From: Oikopleura dioica
Lineage: Eukaryota > Animalia > Chordata
Direction of reading: 5' to 3'
Length of the DNA stretch: 64,000 nt
Assembly: GCA_907165135.1 (NCBI GenBank)
Contig: OU015568.1
Coordinates: 9,610,001-9,674,000 of the forward strand
Shown: positions 62,275 through 64,000 of the stretch, in pieces
Layout: every line of letters begins with the position of its first letter
Position numbering within the stretch: the first letter of the stretch is position 1
Made by a program: the position numbers and the translations under genes
Notes under the pieces: generated by a model
The model's input: only the letters and a program-made list of their open reading frames with translations
Told to the model about the DNA's origin: nothing
Database searches by the model: none

Positions 62275-64000
62275 TCAAATATTCAAATTAATTTCACAGC
62301 TTGCAGATTGCTTTAACGGCATATAAGCAGGTGGCGGACCTCTTCTGAAAGGCGTCAATGGTGGGTTTTCCTTTTCTTTTCCCTATTTTGGTGATTTTTA
62401 GGTTTTCTTAAAATAATTTTAAAATGCATTAAAACCATGGCTTTGATTCGCGAGGAGAGTTGTTTCCAGAAATATATTTGTAAACAAAGGTATAGTGCGA
62501 ATTGATATATCTGATAAACCGCCTTGCAAACACCTGCTGACCTAAAGAATCGATTTTAGTAAAAAATTAAAGAATATTTTACCTCGAATGAGATCAATGA
62601 TGCTCAACCCAAGAAACAGACTCAAAGCTCCTCCAATATCAGACAGTAAGCCAACTCGACTGTAGTCTTCTCTTTCTGTATAGATCGTTCCAGCGACTTC
62701 GGACATTCTGATCTTTTCCAAGCTCAAAATTAGCAATTTATGAAATGCTAGAATGAGAAAATTGAGATCGTTGTCTTGACAGAAATCAGCTTTATATCTG
62801 TAACTTCGATGTGTTCCACATTTTCTTTCGCGTCCGAATCGTCATCGCCGATGCCCATTTTGTTGTTGCGCAAGAACTCGATCTTCTTTTCGTCTAGTTT
62901 ATTATACTAAAATGGCGATAGTGAAGCTGCTTTTATGCAACTTTATCAACATGAATATTATCTTGAGCAACAGTTTTGTGATGACATGAAGGAGGACAAT
63001 CATTCGCCTTGCTTTCTTGGTCCATCTAAAATTTCCGATTAGTCGTTGAACCTCCGCCAAATTGACCTTGATTGTGCTGACGCAGATTGCATGATCGGAA
63101 AAATCGCATTCTGGCAAGTTTGTGATGTTAAACAACTCATATCCGTCTGCATACGGGATTAATAGATTCAGATTGTAAATGACTTGATAATTGACTTATC
63201 CCTGAACTTGAGCGTAAGTTGGGTAGCAGCCGCAAACATCAAGAACTTGTTGTAGAAAGTTCTTGTAGCTGCATCGATCGAAAGTGTACTAAAAGAGATA
63301 TTTGATTTAAACTTTAAATTTTAAAGAAAAATACAGTTTCGTACATTTTCGCCTTTTTCGCATCTCGTAAACGGGTCCCCTAGAAGTTTCGTTTCAATTT
63401 GAATGATGTCTACAACTGGAGTCAAATCCTTGACGAGGGGGACCGAGTGCGACTCTTTGATGATCTTCTCCTCGGGATGAAGATAGTACATATTCAGAGC
63501 GTTGTTGAATCCGTTCCAGCCAAAAGTACTGTCGCTTCTATTGTACCCGATTGTCAATTCAAGTCGTTTAATCAAGTCCGCCGGCTTCTGTTCTGGCGGA
63601 TCCTTTTTGTTTCCCGACAATCCGCCCATAAGAAGAGTCGATAAGATAGCAAGTTTCGATTGCCGCTCTTTTTGCGCTTTGATTTTCGCCAAGTTCAGTT
63701 CGATACAATAACCCATTAGAGTCCACTTTGGCGCCCAATAATCGAGACAGTCGATGTTTTGGAGCTTTATTGGGGCAAAATTAGAACGCTTGTGGCTTTC
63801 TCCATGATTTTTAGAAATATAAACCCCTTGCCTGACATTCGATAAGAAAATATTGAGGTCTCGTTTGGTAGAAAAACTCCATCATGCTCAAATCTTATTT
63901 TTGAGGAAAAATTAAACTAGCCATGCTGGTCTTATTACCGCTGAAATTTTCCCATTTTTTCTTCACTTTCTCAATCAGCGTATCTGGAATGGATATGTTG
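62275..64000 (-). CDS. DEG/ENaC/ASIC-family sodium channel, 5' part outside window
   Basis: MGYCIELN, LELTIGYN, LLGDPFTRC, pore/TM2 YSRVGLLSDIGGALSLFLGLSIIDL, C-terminal exon with GPPPAY. Confidence 0.85.

Noticed and set aside
1-64000. tRNA, rRNA, snRNA or SL-RNA genes
   Set aside because: No diagnostic motifs seen by eye; tRNAscan-SE or Infernal would be needed to exclude them.

Overview
AT-rich, gene-dense eukaryotic DNA. Very short introns (about 30-60 nt), non-canonical GC/GA/GG donors, tight co-oriented gene runs and an intron-containing connexin point to a larvacean tunicate, most likely Oikopleura (inference). About 27 protein-coding loci can be rebuilt by hand: NCAPG, a SHP2-type phosphatase, BICD, an intronless divergent Wnt, a connexin, CUB/TSP1/Ly6/SEA surface or secreted proteins, a selenocysteine iodothyronine deiodinase with a SECIS, two scramblases, phospholipase D, a tandem family of small PPxY membrane proteins, a double-domain trypsin, a SelW/Rdx-fold protein, a two-BTB kelch protein and a DEG/ENaC channel. 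Three unrelated MITE-like elements are present. No tRNA, rRNA or CRISPR was seen. I found no single clearly new system. The best leads are: (1) the UGA-recoded deiodinase that the ORF track splits; (2) the Rdx protein with a cryptic CxxU option; (3) the paralogue array whose homologous intron needs GC in one copy and GA in another, is absent in the third, and hosts a MITE; (4) the cysteine-depleted Wnt; (5) the split-BTB kelch protein with PPxY motifs. Exon structures were read by eye; no database searches were run.
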